Of a DNA stretch of 64,000 bases, positions 1 to 9,414 are shown in pieces. The notes below the pieces were generated by a model. It was not told the DNA's origin. It saw only the letters and a list, made by a program, of their open reading frames with translations, and did no database searches. Origin of the DNA: Bacteroidia bacterium (GTDB lineage Bacteria > Bacteroidota > Bacteroidia > Flavobacteriales_E > Vicingaceae). The position numbers and the translations under genes were made by a program. Location of the stretch: positions 418 to 64,417 of the forward strand of contig JAUIGQ010000001.1 in assembly GCA_030429925.1 (NCBI GenBank), written 5' to 3'. Within the stretch, counting starts at the first letter, position 1. The number at the start of each line of letters is the position of its first letter.

Positions 1-85
1 TAAGCACGATCAATACTCCGGCCATGATCAACCCATAGAGTAATATCTCTTTTCGCATTCTTCAAATGTAGTGAATGAATCAGCT

Positions 86-2524
86 CTACTCGAATTTCAA
101 TTTCATGCGTTTTACTCGATCTTCTAATTTCTCGGTACTCATCTTTTCCCTTAAACGGTCTACCATAATTGGAAAGGAGAAGGGAGAAGGTTTTGCAATC
201 CTTTGCAAAACGATCTTTTGCTTTTCTATTCTTTTCATCGCATCTCTCATTCTTGTTTCTTCCAGCTGAAACTCCATTACTTCTTCAAATGCTTGTCTAA
301 ATAAAAGATTGTCATTTTCATAATCTTTGAATACTTCAAAGAACAATTGAGAGGAAGATTGCAGATGCTTGTCTTTTTTGAAATTACCCGGATAGCCTTT
401 GAATACCAATCCTGAAATGGAAGCAATGTCCCTAAATTTTCTTCGAGCCATTTCGGTTGAATTGACTGAAGATTGGATGTCATCAAAGAGATGATCAGAA
501 GTGAAGATCTTATTGTCAATGGCCTCCTCCAGTGGGATGGGTTGGTCTGAAAGTAACTCAAAACCATAATCATTTAAGGCTATTGAAAAAGAAATGGGCT
601 TGATCAAACCAATTCTGTAGGCGATCACTGAAGCCATTCCCTCATGAACAAATCTTCCTTCAAAAGGATAGAAGTAGGCATGGTAACCATCCTTGCTCTC
701 GAAGTATTCTATCAAGAATTCATCTTCAGTGGGTACAAAAGACCTTTCTGCCTGCAGGGCGATCAAGGGTTCAATTTTGCTCAGTTCCTCAGAATTATTG
801 GGCTGTTTCAAACTCTCTCTGATCTTGACCCTAAGCATGGCAGACAATTGAGAAGAGAGTGGCATTCTGCCTCCTCCCCAAGCCGGAACTTTACCATTCT
901 TTTTGTTGCTTTTCCTCACCAGCGCTTCCATTCCCTTGATCTGTACCAATTCAAGGTTTCTACCGCTGAACCAAAAAACATCTCCGGGAACCAATCTAGA
1001 AATGAAGTATTCCTCAACAGTGCCCAAGAATTTGCCGGAAAGGAACTTCACTTTCATAATGCTTTCACCTACAATTGTTCCTATTGATAATCGATGACGC
1101 ATGGCGATCTTCCGACTATTCACTTTGTACAAGCCGCTCTCATCGATCTCCACTTTCTTGAATTCATCGTAATTACCTAAAGATTGACCGCCCTTTACGA
1201 TAAAGTCGAGCAGCCATTGCCATTCTTCTTCGCTAATACTTGAAAAGGAGAAGGTAGACTTCACTTCTTTGAAGATCTCTTTAGGATAAAAACCATCAGA
1301 AACTGCCAGAGTTACGAGGTATTGGATCAAAACATCAAAGGATCTGAAATAGGGGATCCTCCTTTCCAAAACTCCTTCTTTCATAGCTTCACCCAAAGCA
1401 GCTGATTCTATGATCTCTAAAGAGTGGGTAGGAACAAAATAGATATTGGAGATCGCTCCCGGCTGATGACCGCTTCTACCGGCTCTTTGCATGAATCTGG
1501 CAACTCCCTTAGGACTCCCAATTTGAACGATGGTTTCAACCGGTCTAAAGTCGACTCCAAGATCCAGACTGCTGGTACAAACAACTGCTTTTAACTTCTC
1601 TGCATGCAAAGCTTCTTCCACCCAATCTCTCAATTCCCTGCTGATGGATCCATGGTGCATGGCCAATACGCCGGACAATCCCGGCTCTGCTTCTAACAGT
1701 CTTTGGTACCAGATCTCAGCCTGCGATCGGGTGTTGGTAAAGATCAAAGTAGTTTTACTCTTCTTGATCACCGGAATCACCTTCTCTAACATACTAATTC
1801 CCAAATGACCTGCCCACGGCAGTTCATCAACGGTTTCCGGAAGGATGGTTTTCAAAACGATCCTCTTCTCGATCTGTGCTTTGATTATTTCTTTGTTAGG
1901 ACTTTTATGATCTTCTCCCCACATAACTTCCATGGCTTCTTCCATATTTCCAACCGTTGCTGAGATTCCCCATATTCTCATTTTGGGAGAGATGGTTTTC
2001 AATCTGGATTGGGCCAGCTCCATTTGGACAGCCCTTTTTGACCCTAATACTTCATGCCACTCATCGTTGACGAGCAATCTCAGTGAGCGAAATCTTTTTG
2101 CATAGGATTTAGAGGCGAGCAGTAATTGTAAACTCTCGGGAGTGGTGATGAGAATGTGCGGCAGCTGCTTTAATTGCTCAGCTCTCTCTTTGTTACTGGT
2201 GTCTCCTGTCCGCCTGCCGATCTTCCAAGGTATGTTGAGCTCTTCACAAGCTTCGGTCATGGCCGATTCGATCTCTTTGGCAAGTGCTCTAATAGGGGTG
2301 ATCCAAATGCATTGGATCCCTTCTTCAAAGCTCTTGTCTTTAGGATGGTTTAAATACTCAGCTAGAATTCCCAGTCCGGCTGCGTAGGTTTTACCGGATC
2401 CTGTTGGTGCATTGACCATGCATTCCTTCCCTTCCAAATAGGCTTCCCAACTTCTCTTTTGAAAGGGGAAGATCTCCCAATTACGAGATTCAAACCAATC
2501 GTATATTTTGCGGGGAATGGGCAT
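86..2524 (-). CDS. Lhr-core type superfamily-2 DExH-box ATP-dependent helicase (possibly the ligase-associated DNA-damage-response helicase)
   Basis: 812-aa ORF. Walker A 'NAPTGSGKTYA', DExH box 'NDEWHE', motif III 'SATVGN', motif VI 'QRAGRSGH'. A roughly 400-aa C-terminal extension is typical of Lhr-core / DEAD-associated domain proteins. Confidence 0.8.
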   Translation of the reverse strand: MPIPRKIYDWFESRNWEIFPFQKRSWEAYLEGKECMVNAPTGSGKTYAAGLGILAEYLNHPKDKSFEEGIQCIWITPIRALAKEIESAMTEACEELNIPWKIGRRTGDTSNKERAEQLKQLPHILITTPESLQLLLASKSYAKRFRSLRLLVNDEWHEVLGSKRAVQMELAQSRLKTISPKMRIWGISATVGNMEEAMEVMWGEDHKSPNKEIIKAQIEKRIVLKTILPETVDELPWAGHLGISMLEKVIPVIKKSKTTLIFTNTRSQAEIWYQRLLEAEPGLSGVLAMHHGSISRELRDWVEEALHAEKLKAVVCTSSLDLGVDFRPVETIVQIGSPKGVARFMQRAGRSGHQPGAISNIYFVPTHSLEIIESAALGEAMKEGVLERRIPYFRSFDVLIQYLVTLAVSDGFYPKEIFKEVKSTFSFSSISEEEWQWLLDFIVKGGQSLGNYDEFKKVEIDESGLYKVNSRKIAMRHRLSIGTIVGESIMKVKFLSGKFLGTVEEYFISRLVPGDVFWFSGRNLELVQIKGMEALVRKSNKKNGKVPAWGGGRMPLSSQLSAMLRVKIRESLKQPNNSEELSKIEPLIALQAERSFVPTEDEFLIEYFESKDGYHAYFYPFEGRFVHEGMASVIAYRIGLIKPISFSIALNDYGFELLSDQPIPLEEAIDNKIFTSDHLFDDIQSSVNSTEMARRKFRDIASISGLVFKGYPGNFKKDKHLQSSSQLFFEVFKDYENDNLLFRQAFEEVMEFQLEETRMRDAMKRIEKQKIVLQRIAKPSPFSFPIMVDRLREKMSTEKLEDRVKRMKLKFE

Positions 2525-2543
2525 TCAAGATCTCTAAATTGGA

Positions 2544-3533
2544 TCAGAATGCAGGATGCTGAGGTTGATTATCGAGAATATTTTCTATCTGTTCCATTGC
2601 TCCCTCATCTAAAAGCTCAACCACTTCTAAACTTTGAAGTGTTTCTTCCAATTGCTCTTTTCTTGAAGCTCCTAAAATTGCCGTAGATACATTGTCGTTC
2701 TTGAGGCACCAAGCAATGGCGAGCTTAGGCATGGTGGTTCCCAACTCTTTGGCAAAGGCCGTAAGTTTTCTCACTTTCTCCAGATTTTCCTCCACTAAAT
2801 TTCGGTCCTTCAGCCATTCCAATCCTTCCATACCCAATCTGGTTTTCTCTGGCATTCCCTCATTGTATTTTCCACTGAGGATCCCTGAAGCTAAAGGCGA
2901 CCAGATGGTAGTTCCCAATCCAACCGTTTTATAGATCTGAGAAAATTCTACTTCTACCTTATCTCTATGGAGCATATTGTACTGAGGTTGTTCCATGGTT
3001 GGACCAATGAGGCTGTTTTGTCTGGCAAACATATGGGCCTCCATGATCTCCTGTGCACTCCACTCTGAAGTACCCCAATAAAGGATCTTACCTTGTGTAA
3101 TTAGGTTGTGCATGGTCCAAACGGTCTCTTCAATGGGAGTTTCCTTATCAGGTCGGTGACAAAAGAAAAGGTCTAGATAATCTAATTGCAATCTCTTTAA
3201 AGCGGCCTCGCATGCTTCTACCAAATGCTTTCTGTTCAATCCTTTTTGAGTGGGAAGTTGTCCACCATCCCCAAAAAAGGCTTTTGAGGAAATGATATAT
3301 GAGTCTCTTCTCCAATCTCTATTTTTCAAGATCTTTCCCATTACTCTTTCTGATTCTCCTCTTGAATAGATCTCTGCATTGTCAAAGAAGTTGATCCCAC
3401 TTTCGTAGGCTAGATCCATGAGATCTTCTGCGGTTGTATCTCCGATCTGTTTGCCAAAGGTGAGCCAGGATCCAAATGAAAGTCGACTTACCTTCAAACC
3501 TGATTTCCCGAGATTCTTGTATTGCATTTCCAT
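2544..3533 (-). CDS. Aldo/keto reductase, Kv-beta-subunit-like subfamily
   Basis: 329 aa. The N-terminus 'YKNLGKSGLKVSRLSFGSWLTFG' and 'LDYLDLFFCHRPD' are classic AKR signatures, and the length matches the family. Confidence 0.85.
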   Translation of the reverse strand: MEMQYKNLGKSGLKVSRLSFGSWLTFGKQIGDTTAEDLMDLAYESGINFFDNAEIYSRGESERVMGKILKNRDWRRDSYIISSKAFFGDGGQLPTQKGLNRKHLVEACEAALKRLQLDYLDLFFCHRPDKETPIEETVWTMHNLITQGKILYWGTSEWSAQEIMEAHMFARQNSLIGPTMEQPQYNMLHRDKVEVEFSQIYKTVGLGTTIWSPLASGILSGKYNEGMPEKTRLGMEGLEWLKDRNLVEENLEKVRKLTAFAKELGTTMPKLAIAWCLKNDNVSTAILGASRKEQLEETLQSLEVVELLDEGAMEQIENILDNQPQHPAF

Positions 3534-3614
3534 AGTATTGAGCTTTCAAAGTGTAACTGTGAATTTAATTGAATTGTTCTATAAACTGAAATGAATCTTG
3601 AGTAGAAATAGCTA

Positions 3615-3645
3615 TAACACAGAGTAACACAAAGTTTTCACAAAG
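3615..3645 (+). repeat. Three direct CACA[A/G]AG heptamers spaced 10-11 nt apart, upstream flank of the GxxExxY gene
   Basis: CACAGAG at 3618, CACAAAG at 3628 and CACAAAG at 3639. The spacing is about one helical turn. The reverse-complement array lies downstream of the gene. Confidence 0.6.
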
Positions 3646-3697
3646 TTTCTCTATGATCTTTTATAACAGACTGAAGTAAATGTTGTAACTTATTTAT

Positions 3698-4069
3698 ATG
3701 AATGAAAATGAGCTCAGTAAGTTAGTATTGGATAAGGCATTTATGGTTCATTCTTCTTTGGGCCCAGGATTATTGGAATCTGCTTATACAGAATGTTTAC
3801 AATATGAATTGAGAAACAGTGGCGTGTGGGTCGAGAAAGAAGTCCCTCAGCCAATAGAATATAAAGCCGTAACACTAGATCATGGTTATCGAATTGACTT
3901 ATTAGTTGAAAATAAATTGGTTATTGAGATAAAAAGTGTTGAATCACTTAATGAAGTCCATTTAGCTCAAGTATTAACCTACTTAAGATTGGGAAATTTT
4001 CGACTAGGATTACTTTTAAATTTCAATGTTAAAAGTTTAAAACAAGGAATAAGAAGAATAATAAATTAA
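3698..4069 (+). CDS. GxxExxY family protein (PD-(D/E)XK nuclease-like fold)
   Basis: 123 aa. Contains the family-defining 'GPGLLESAYTECLQYEL' (G-x-x-E-x-x-Y), followed by 'YRIDLLVENKLVIEIKS' (a D...E-x-K-like core). ATG start. Confidence 0.85.
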   Translation: MNENELSKLVLDKAFMVHSSLGPGLLESAYTECLQYELRNSGVWVEKEVPQPIEYKAVTLDHGYRIDLLVENKLVIEIKSVESLNEVHLAQVLTYLRLGNFRLGLLLNFNVKSLKQGIRRIIN

Positions 4070-4071
4070 TT

Positions 4072-4109
4072 CTTTGTGATACTTTGAGATAACTTCGTGA
4101 TACATTGTG
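4072..4109 (+). repeat. Four phased CTTTGTG-like heptamers (reverse complement of CACAAAG), downstream flank of the GxxExxY gene
   Basis: CTTTGTG at 4072, CTTTGAG at 4082, CTTCGTG at 4093 and CATTGTG at 4103, spaced 10/11/10 nt. The array is inverted relative to the one at 3618-3645. Confidence 0.6.
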
Positions 4110-4116
4110 GAACTTT

Positions 4117-4143
4117 ATAAGAAGATAGTACTTCTTATTTTTG
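4117..4143 (+). terminator. Intrinsic terminator-like hairpin after the GxxExxY gene
   Basis: Perfect 8-bp stem ATAAGAAG / CTTCTTAT with the 6-nt loop ATAGTA, followed by TTTTT. Confidence 0.5.
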
Positions 4144-4161
4144 CACTTAATATTTAAGATC

Positions 4162-4578
4162 ATGTCAAGCGAAAAGTTCGATTCATTAAAAGCTCCGGAA
4201 CCGGTTGGAGCCTATCCACATGCAAGAAGAGTTGGTAATCTATTGTTCTTGTCCGGCGTTGGACCCAGAGAAAGAGGAACGAAAAAGATTCCCGGAGTTG
4301 AACTGGATGATGAAGGGAATATAGTTTCCTATGATATAGCTACTCAATGCAGGTCAGTGTTCAATAATGTGCGTGCTATTGTTGAAGAGGCAGGAGCAAA
4401 ATGGGAGAATGTTGTTGATGTAACGGTTTTCCTTACCAATATGAAGGACGACTTCGCCACTTATAACAAGCTTTACGCTGAGTACTTTAAAGACAATCAA
4501 CCTTGCAGAACCACTTTGGAGATCAAAAGCCTGCCTACACCTATTGCTATAGAGCTAAAAGTAATTGCCACCATCTGA
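4162..4578 (+). CDS. ridA: RidA/YjgF/L-PSP family enamine/imine deaminase
   Basis: 'APEPVGAYPHARRVGNLLFLSGV' and the C-terminal 'CRTTLEIKSLPTPIAIELKVIA' are typical of the family. I prefer the ATG at 4162 (MSSEKF) to the TTG at 4141 given in the ORF track. Confidence 0.8.
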   Translation: MSSEKFDSLKAPEPVGAYPHARRVGNLLFLSGVGPRERGTKKIPGVELDDEGNIVSYDIATQCRSVFNNVRAIVEEAGAKWENVVDVTVFLTNMKDDFATYNKLYAEYFKDNQPCRTTLEIKSLPTPIAIELKVIATI

Positions 4579-5785
4579 TACTTTGCTGAAGTATCTTTCA
4601 ATATGGCTCTTTATTCAGCTGGTTCTGGTTTCTTCTTTAAGATCTCAGGCCTGGTTTCAAGTCGATAGTTTTCCCGGAATTGAAAGAGATGATGGAACCT
4701 CTTTTGTCCTTGGCTCAACTGCTTATTGTGGAAGTGGGGTAGTTCCCTTTCAAGTGCTGGGAGATTTTTATTCTTTCAGTGAAACAAATGGTTCATGGGA
4801 TACCATCGCACCCTTACCTGTCAACAAGGCTAGGCAATATGCTTGTGGTTTTTCCAACGATCAATATGGTTTTGTCTTTGGCGGGTATGATGGCAATTTC
4901 TTGAACGACCTTTGGAAATACGACCCCTTCCTGGATCAGTGGCAAGAAGTCAGTCCTCTCCCTTCTGCTGGAAGAGGTGGCTCAGCCTCATTTGTGATCG
5001 ACAGTTTGGCTTTTATCATGGGTGGTAAAACAGATAGTATGGATGCTGTTGAGGAGGTTTGGGCCTATAATATGAAGGCTGATACTTGGACAAGAAAAAA
5101 TGACTTACCGTTCGGACCAAGATGGAGATCGTCTGCTGCATCCTGCTCGAATAAAGGATACCTGGCTTTCGGATTAGACGATTCTGTTGCTTATCATAAC
5201 GACCTTTATGAATACGATCCATCCACCGATCAGTGGACACAACTTAGTGATTTCACAAATGGAGATAGGAACTATGTGAAAATGCATTGCATGGGAACCC
5301 AGTTGATCACCATAGGAGGATACGATTCATCCGGTCAATTCTTCAACGAAAGCTGGTCTTATGACTTGATCACTGATAACTGGAAAGAGATAGATTCACT
5401 TCCGGGAGCAGGCAGAAGAGGAGGAATGAGTTTTCAATTGGGAAATGCTATTTATTATACAACCGGACTGACCTATAATGGGCTGCGTTTTAGAGAAAGT
5501 TGGAAGCTTGAAGATCCAACGTATTTAAATGAAGATAGAATAACCAATTCTGTTAAAGTCTATCCCAATCCGATTAAAGATCATTTTACAATTGAACTTG
5601 GTTCAGACCTTGAAAGTAAGAATGCATATTTCAAGATATTCGACCTTCATGGCAAAGAGCTTTTATCAGGTAGTTTTCAAACGAAAAAGCACTTGCTAAA
5701 CATAGAGGACTTGCCTTCAATGGTATATATTCTTAAGGTCAATTGGGGAAATGAAACCATAGTTAGAAAACTCATCAAGCAATAA
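4565..5785 (+). CDS. Secreted Kelch-repeat protein with a T9SS type-A C-terminal sorting domain
   Basis: Repeated 'GG..g....nDlw.YD....W' Kelch blades. The C-terminal 'VKVYPNPIKDHFTIEL...FKIFDLHGKELL...MVYILKV' matches the Por/T9SS type-A CTD pattern. There is no in-frame ATG near the signal peptide, so the start is TTG-type and uncertain (4565-4583). It overlaps the ridA stop. Confidence 0.75.
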   Translation: MPPSDTLLKYLSIWLFIQLVLVSSLRSQAWFQVDSFPGIERDDGTSFVLGSTAYCGSGVVPFQVLGDFYSFSETNGSWDTIAPLPVNKARQYACGFSNDQYGFVFGGYDGNFLNDLWKYDPFLDQWQEVSPLPSAGRGGSASFVIDSLAFIMGGKTDSMDAVEEVWAYNMKADTWTRKNDLPFGPRWRSSAASCSNKGYLAFGLDDSVAYHNDLYEYDPSTDQWTQLSDFTNGDRNYVKMHCMGTQLITIGGYDSSGQFFNESWSYDLITDNWKEIDSLPGAGRRGGMSFQLGNAIYYTTGLTYNGLRFRESWKLEDPTYLNEDRITNSVKVYPNPIKDHFTIELGSDLESKNAYFKIFDLHGKELLSGSFQTKKHLLNIEDLPSMVYILKVNWGNETIVRKLIKQ

Positions 5786-5787
5786 AA

Positions 5788-5820
5788 AACCCCGACCTTC
5801 TTCTCTGAAGCGCCGGGGTT
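5788..5820 (+). terminator. Hairpin terminator candidate downstream of the Kelch gene
   Basis: AACCCCG (5788-5794) pairs with CGGGGTT (5814-5820). Inner CTTC/GAAG pairing extends the stem, and a T-rich tail follows. Confidence 0.45.
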
Positions 5821-6034
5821 CTTATTAATAGGATCCTTTTCACACATGAAACTACCGTTTTTAAATTCCTCTTTCATAATAAGGTTTTTCAAGTAGTGAT
5901 AAATTGGATAGTTGAGGTCAACTTTCTTATAATAAGTTATAACTTAGGTTTGCGAAGACCACACAGCCAATTGAAATACTTGATTATTCGTAAATTCGCG
6001 CTCCCTTTTAAGAATACAATTCGCCCTACTGTCC

Positions 6035-9000
6035 ATGAAGAGTTATAAGGAATATGAGCAATTAGACTTGCCGGCTTTGGCTGAAGAAGTCTTAAGGTAT
6101 TGGGAAGAAGAAAACATCTTTGCGAAAAGCATTGAACAAAGACCTTCCGACAAACCCTTCGTTTTTTATGAAGGACCGCCTTCCGCTAATGGTTTACCGG
6201 GCATTCATCATGTTATGGCTCGTGCGATCAAGGATATCTTTTGCAGGTTTAAAACCCAACAAGGATATCAAGTCAAGAGAAAGGCAGGTTGGGATACTCA
6301 TGGCTTGCCGGTTGAGCTAGGGGTTGAAAAGGAATTGGGGATCAGTAAAGAAGACATTGGCAGCAAGATCAGTATTGAAGAATACAATGCAAAGTGCAAG
6401 GAAGCAGTCATGAGATACACAGATGTGTGGAACGATCTTACCAGAAAAATGGGTTTTTGGTTAGATATGGAGCATCCATACATCACCTATGAGAACAAAT
6501 ACATTGAGAGTGTTTGGTACCTGTTGAAAAAGCTCTACTACAAAGGGTTGATCTATAAAGGCTACACCATCCAACCATACTCACCTTCAGCCGGAACTGG
6601 ACTGAGTACCCATGAACTCAATCAGCCGGGCACCTACAAAGATGTTAAAGATACTTCTGCTGTTGCTCAGTTCAAGCTGATCCAAAATGAAGATTCAGAC
6701 TTTCTTTTCAAAGATCTTCACGGTGATTTATTCTTCATTGCATGGACTACTACCCCTTGGACATTGCCTTCAAACACTGCTCTTGGAGTTGGAAAGAAGA
6801 TCACTTATGTAAAGGTTAAAACCTTTAATAAATACACTCATGAGCCCATTACAGTTGTGCTTGCGAAGGACTTGCTAGGTAAATGGTTTAACCCAAAGCT
6901 AGCTAACACTCCTCTTACAGAATATCAAAATGACGGGAAGAATATACCGTTTGAAGTAGTAGATGAGTTTACAGGAGAAAAGCTTGAAGGAATAAGGTAT
7001 GAGCAATTGCTCCCCTACAAACAACCTGAAGAAGGAGATGCATTCAAGGTACTTCTTGGTGATTTTGTTACTACTGAAGATGGTACCGGAATCGTACACC
7101 TAGCCCCGGCATATGGAGCAGACGACTTTAGAGTGGCTAAACAGTATGGTGTCGGAACCCTTCACCTAGTGGATAATCAAGGAAGGTTCAAAGCTGAGGT
7201 AACAGACTTTGCAGGGGAGTATGTGAAAGAACAATACTTGAAGGAAGAAGAGAAAGGAGAAGATTATAAGTCTGTGGATGTGCGCATTTCCATCAAATTG
7301 AAGGAGGCTAATCGGGCTTTTGATGTGAGGAAATATGAACACTCTTATCCTCATTGTTGGAGAACTGATAAACCGGTTCTATACTTCCCATTGGACTCAT
7401 GGTTCATCAAAACAACTTCCGTAAAGGAGCAGTTAATTGCAAACAACAATAAGATCAATTGGAAGCCGGAGAGCACAGGGAAAGGAAGATTTGGGAATTG
7501 GTTAGAGAACTTGCAAGACTGGAATTTATCTCGATCAAGATATTGGGGAATTCCCATTCCGATCTGGAGAAGTGAAGATGGTAGTGAAGAAAAGTGTATC
7601 GGTTCTGCTAAGGAGCTGAAGGAAGAATGTGAAAAGGCAGTTGAAGCAGGGTTGATGGAGAAGAATCCTTTGGCAGCTTTCGACCCTTCTAATATGTCGA
7701 AAGAGAATTATGAGACCTTTGATTTTCACAAGCATTTTGTAGATGAGATCATTCTGGTTTCTGCTACCGGCAGAGCAATGAAGAGAGAATCGGATCTTAT
7801 TGATGTATGGTTTGATTCCGGTTCGATGCCTTATGCGCAATGGCACTATCCTTTTGAAAACAAGGAAATGATCGATCAGAATCAGTTCTTTCCAGCAGAC
7901 TTTATTGCTGAAGGAGTTGATCAAACAAGAGGTTGGTTCTTTACCTTGCATGCCATCGCCACCATGTGCTTTGATTCTGTTGCCTACAAGAATGTGATCT
8001 CTAACGGCTTGGTTCAGGATAAGAACGGACAAAAGATGTCGAAGCGATTAGGCAATGCCGTTGACCCTTTCAAAACCTTGGACCAGTATGGTGCAGATGC
8101 TAGTCGCTGGTACATGGTAACCAATGCTCAGCCATGGGACAATTTGAAGTTTGATATTGAAGGTGTAACAGAAGTTCAGAGAAAGTTCTTCGGAACCCTT
8201 TACAATACTTACAATTTCTTTGCGCTTTACGCCAATATTGATGATTTCAAATATGCCGAGCAAGAGATTGAATTGCAAAAAAGGCCAGAAATTGATAGGT
8301 GGATCTTATCTAAACTTAACACCTTGATCAAGGAGGTTACGGAAAGTCTTGAGGATTTTGAGCCTACAAAAGCAGGTAGAGCAATTCAAGAATTTACTAC
8401 TGATCATTTGAGCAATTGGTATGTGAGGTTGTGCAGAAGAAGATTTTGGAAGGGTGATTACTCAGAAGACAAGATTTCTGCCTACCAAACTTTATACAGT
8501 TGTTTGGAAACAGTTGCGAAGCTATCTGCTCCAATTGCCCCATTCTTTTCAGATAAATTATACCAAGATCTTAACTCGGTAAGCAAGAAAGAGAACCATC
8601 AATCAGTTCACTTGTCCTTTTTCCCGGAAGTAGATAATGAGTTGATCGATAGAGACCTGGAAGAGAGAATGGAAATAGCTCAGAAACTATCTTCAATGAT
8701 CTTGGCTCTCAGAAAAAAGGAGGGTATTCGAGTAAGACAACCTCTTCAAAAGATCATGGTGCCGGTGCTGAATGAAACATTCAAAAGACAATTAGAGGAT
8801 GTTCAAAACCTGATCTTGTCTGAAGTTAATGTGAAGGAGTTGGAGTATCTTGAAGAGAGCTCAGGTGTACTAGTGAAAAAGGTAAAACCCGATTTCAAAA
8901 AGTTAGGTCCGCGTTTCGGAAAGGAAATGAAAGGTGTTGCTGCTGCTATTAATCAGATGGATCAAGAGCAGATTGCCGAGATCGAAAGAGAGGGAAAGCT

Positions 9001-9409
9001 TAAGATCGCTTTGAGCAATGGTCAGGAAGTTGAGATCCTTTTAGACGATATAGAGGTCAGTTCTGAGGATATTCCGGGTTGGTTGGTTGCCAGTGAAGGT
9101 AAGTACACCGTGGCATTGGATATTGGAATTTCTGACGAATTGAAGCAGGAAGGAATAGCCAGAGAAGTAGTGAACAGGATCCAGAATTTCAGAAAAGATG
9201 CTGGTTTTGAAGTCACTGACAAGATCGATCTGCAAATTGAGTCCCACAGTGGGATAGACAATGCAATCAATAATAATAAAGATTATATTTGTTCGGAGAC
9301 CTTGGCAGCAAGGCTTGAATTGGTCGATGAGATCAAGGAGAAGAATTTTAAAATAGAAATTGACGAGGAGGTTGAAACGTATGTTTCTCTCCATTTGTAT
9401 AAAAATTAA
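6035..9409 (+). CDS. ileS: Isoleucine--tRNA ligase (type 2, long Bacteroidota form)
   Basis: 1124 aa. HIGH-region 'PSANGLPGIHHVMAR', 'KMSKRLGN' (KMSKS), and the 'WTTTPWTLPSN' editing-domain signature. Confidence 0.97.
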   Translation: MKSYKEYEQLDLPALAEEVLRYWEEENIFAKSIEQRPSDKPFVFYEGPPSANGLPGIHHVMARAIKDIFCRFKTQQGYQVKRKAGWDTHGLPVELGVEKELGISKEDIGSKISIEEYNAKCKEAVMRYTDVWNDLTRKMGFWLDMEHPYITYENKYIESVWYLLKKLYYKGLIYKGYTIQPYSPSAGTGLSTHELNQPGTYKDVKDTSAVAQFKLIQNEDSDFLFKDLHGDLFFIAWTTTPWTLPSNTALGVGKKITYVKVKTFNKYTHEPITVVLAKDLLGKWFNPKLANTPLTEYQNDGKNIPFEVVDEFTGEKLEGIRYEQLLPYKQPEEGDAFKVLLGDFVTTEDGTGIVHLAPAYGADDFRVAKQYGVGTLHLVDNQGRFKAEVTDFAGEYVKEQYLKEEEKGEDYKSVDVRISIKLKEANRAFDVRKYEHSYPHCWRTDKPVLYFPLDSWFIKTTSVKEQLIANNNKINWKPESTGKGRFGNWLENLQDWNLSRSRYWGIPIPIWRSEDGSEEKCIGSAKELKEECEKAVEAGLMEKNPLAAFDPSNMSKENYETFDFHKHFVDEIILVSATGRAMKRESDLIDVWFDSGSMPYAQWHYPFENKEMIDQNQFFPADFIAEGVDQTRGWFFTLHAIATMCFDSVAYKNVISNGLVQDKNGQKMSKRLGNAVDPFKTLDQYGADASRWYMVTNAQPWDNLKFDIEGVTEVQRKFFGTLYNTYNFFALYANIDDFKYAEQEIELQKRPEIDRWILSKLNTLIKEVTESLEDFEPTKAGRAIQEFTTDHLSNWYVRLCRRRFWKGDYSEDKISAYQTLYSCLETVAKLSAPIAPFFSDKLYQDLNSVSKKENHQSVHLSFFPEVDNELIDRDLEERMEIAQKLSSMILALRKKEGIRVRQPLQKIMVPVLNETFKRQLEDVQNLILSEVNVKELEYLEESSGVLVKKVKPDFKKLGPRFGKEMKGVAAAINQMDQEQIAEIEREGKLKIALSNGQEVEILLDDIEVSSEDIPGWLVASEGKYTVALDIGISDELKQEGIAREVVNRIQNFRKDAGFEVTDKIDLQIESHSGIDNAINNNKDYICSETLAARLELVDEIKEKNFKIEIDEEVETYVSLHLYKN

Positions 9410-9414
9410 AGAAG

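Noticed and set aside
1-57. Possible 5' end of a minus-strand gene downstream of the helicase (ATG near position 57, 'MRKEILLYGLIMAGVLIVL').
   Set aside because: Only about 19 codons are visible. A second frame (TTG, 'LKNAKRDITLWVDHGRS') is equally open. This is too little sequence to call a feature.
644-2387. Several + strand ORFs of 64-147 aa inside the helicase gene.
   Set aside because: They are antisense to the helicase ORF, which has a full set of SF2 motifs. No independent support.
5893-6034. The 140-nt leader upstream of ileS, checked for a T-box or attenuator structure.
   Set aside because: Only short 6-bp palindromes are present (for example TAAGTT-ATA-AACTTA). There is no specifier-loop or T-box consensus, and T-boxes are not expected in Bacteroidota.
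7535-8032. 165-aa ORF on the - strand, with several smaller ones between 6298 and 9394, inside ileS.
   Set aside because: All are antisense to ileS, whose translation carries unambiguous class I synthetase motifs. The shadow ORFs have no recognisable features.
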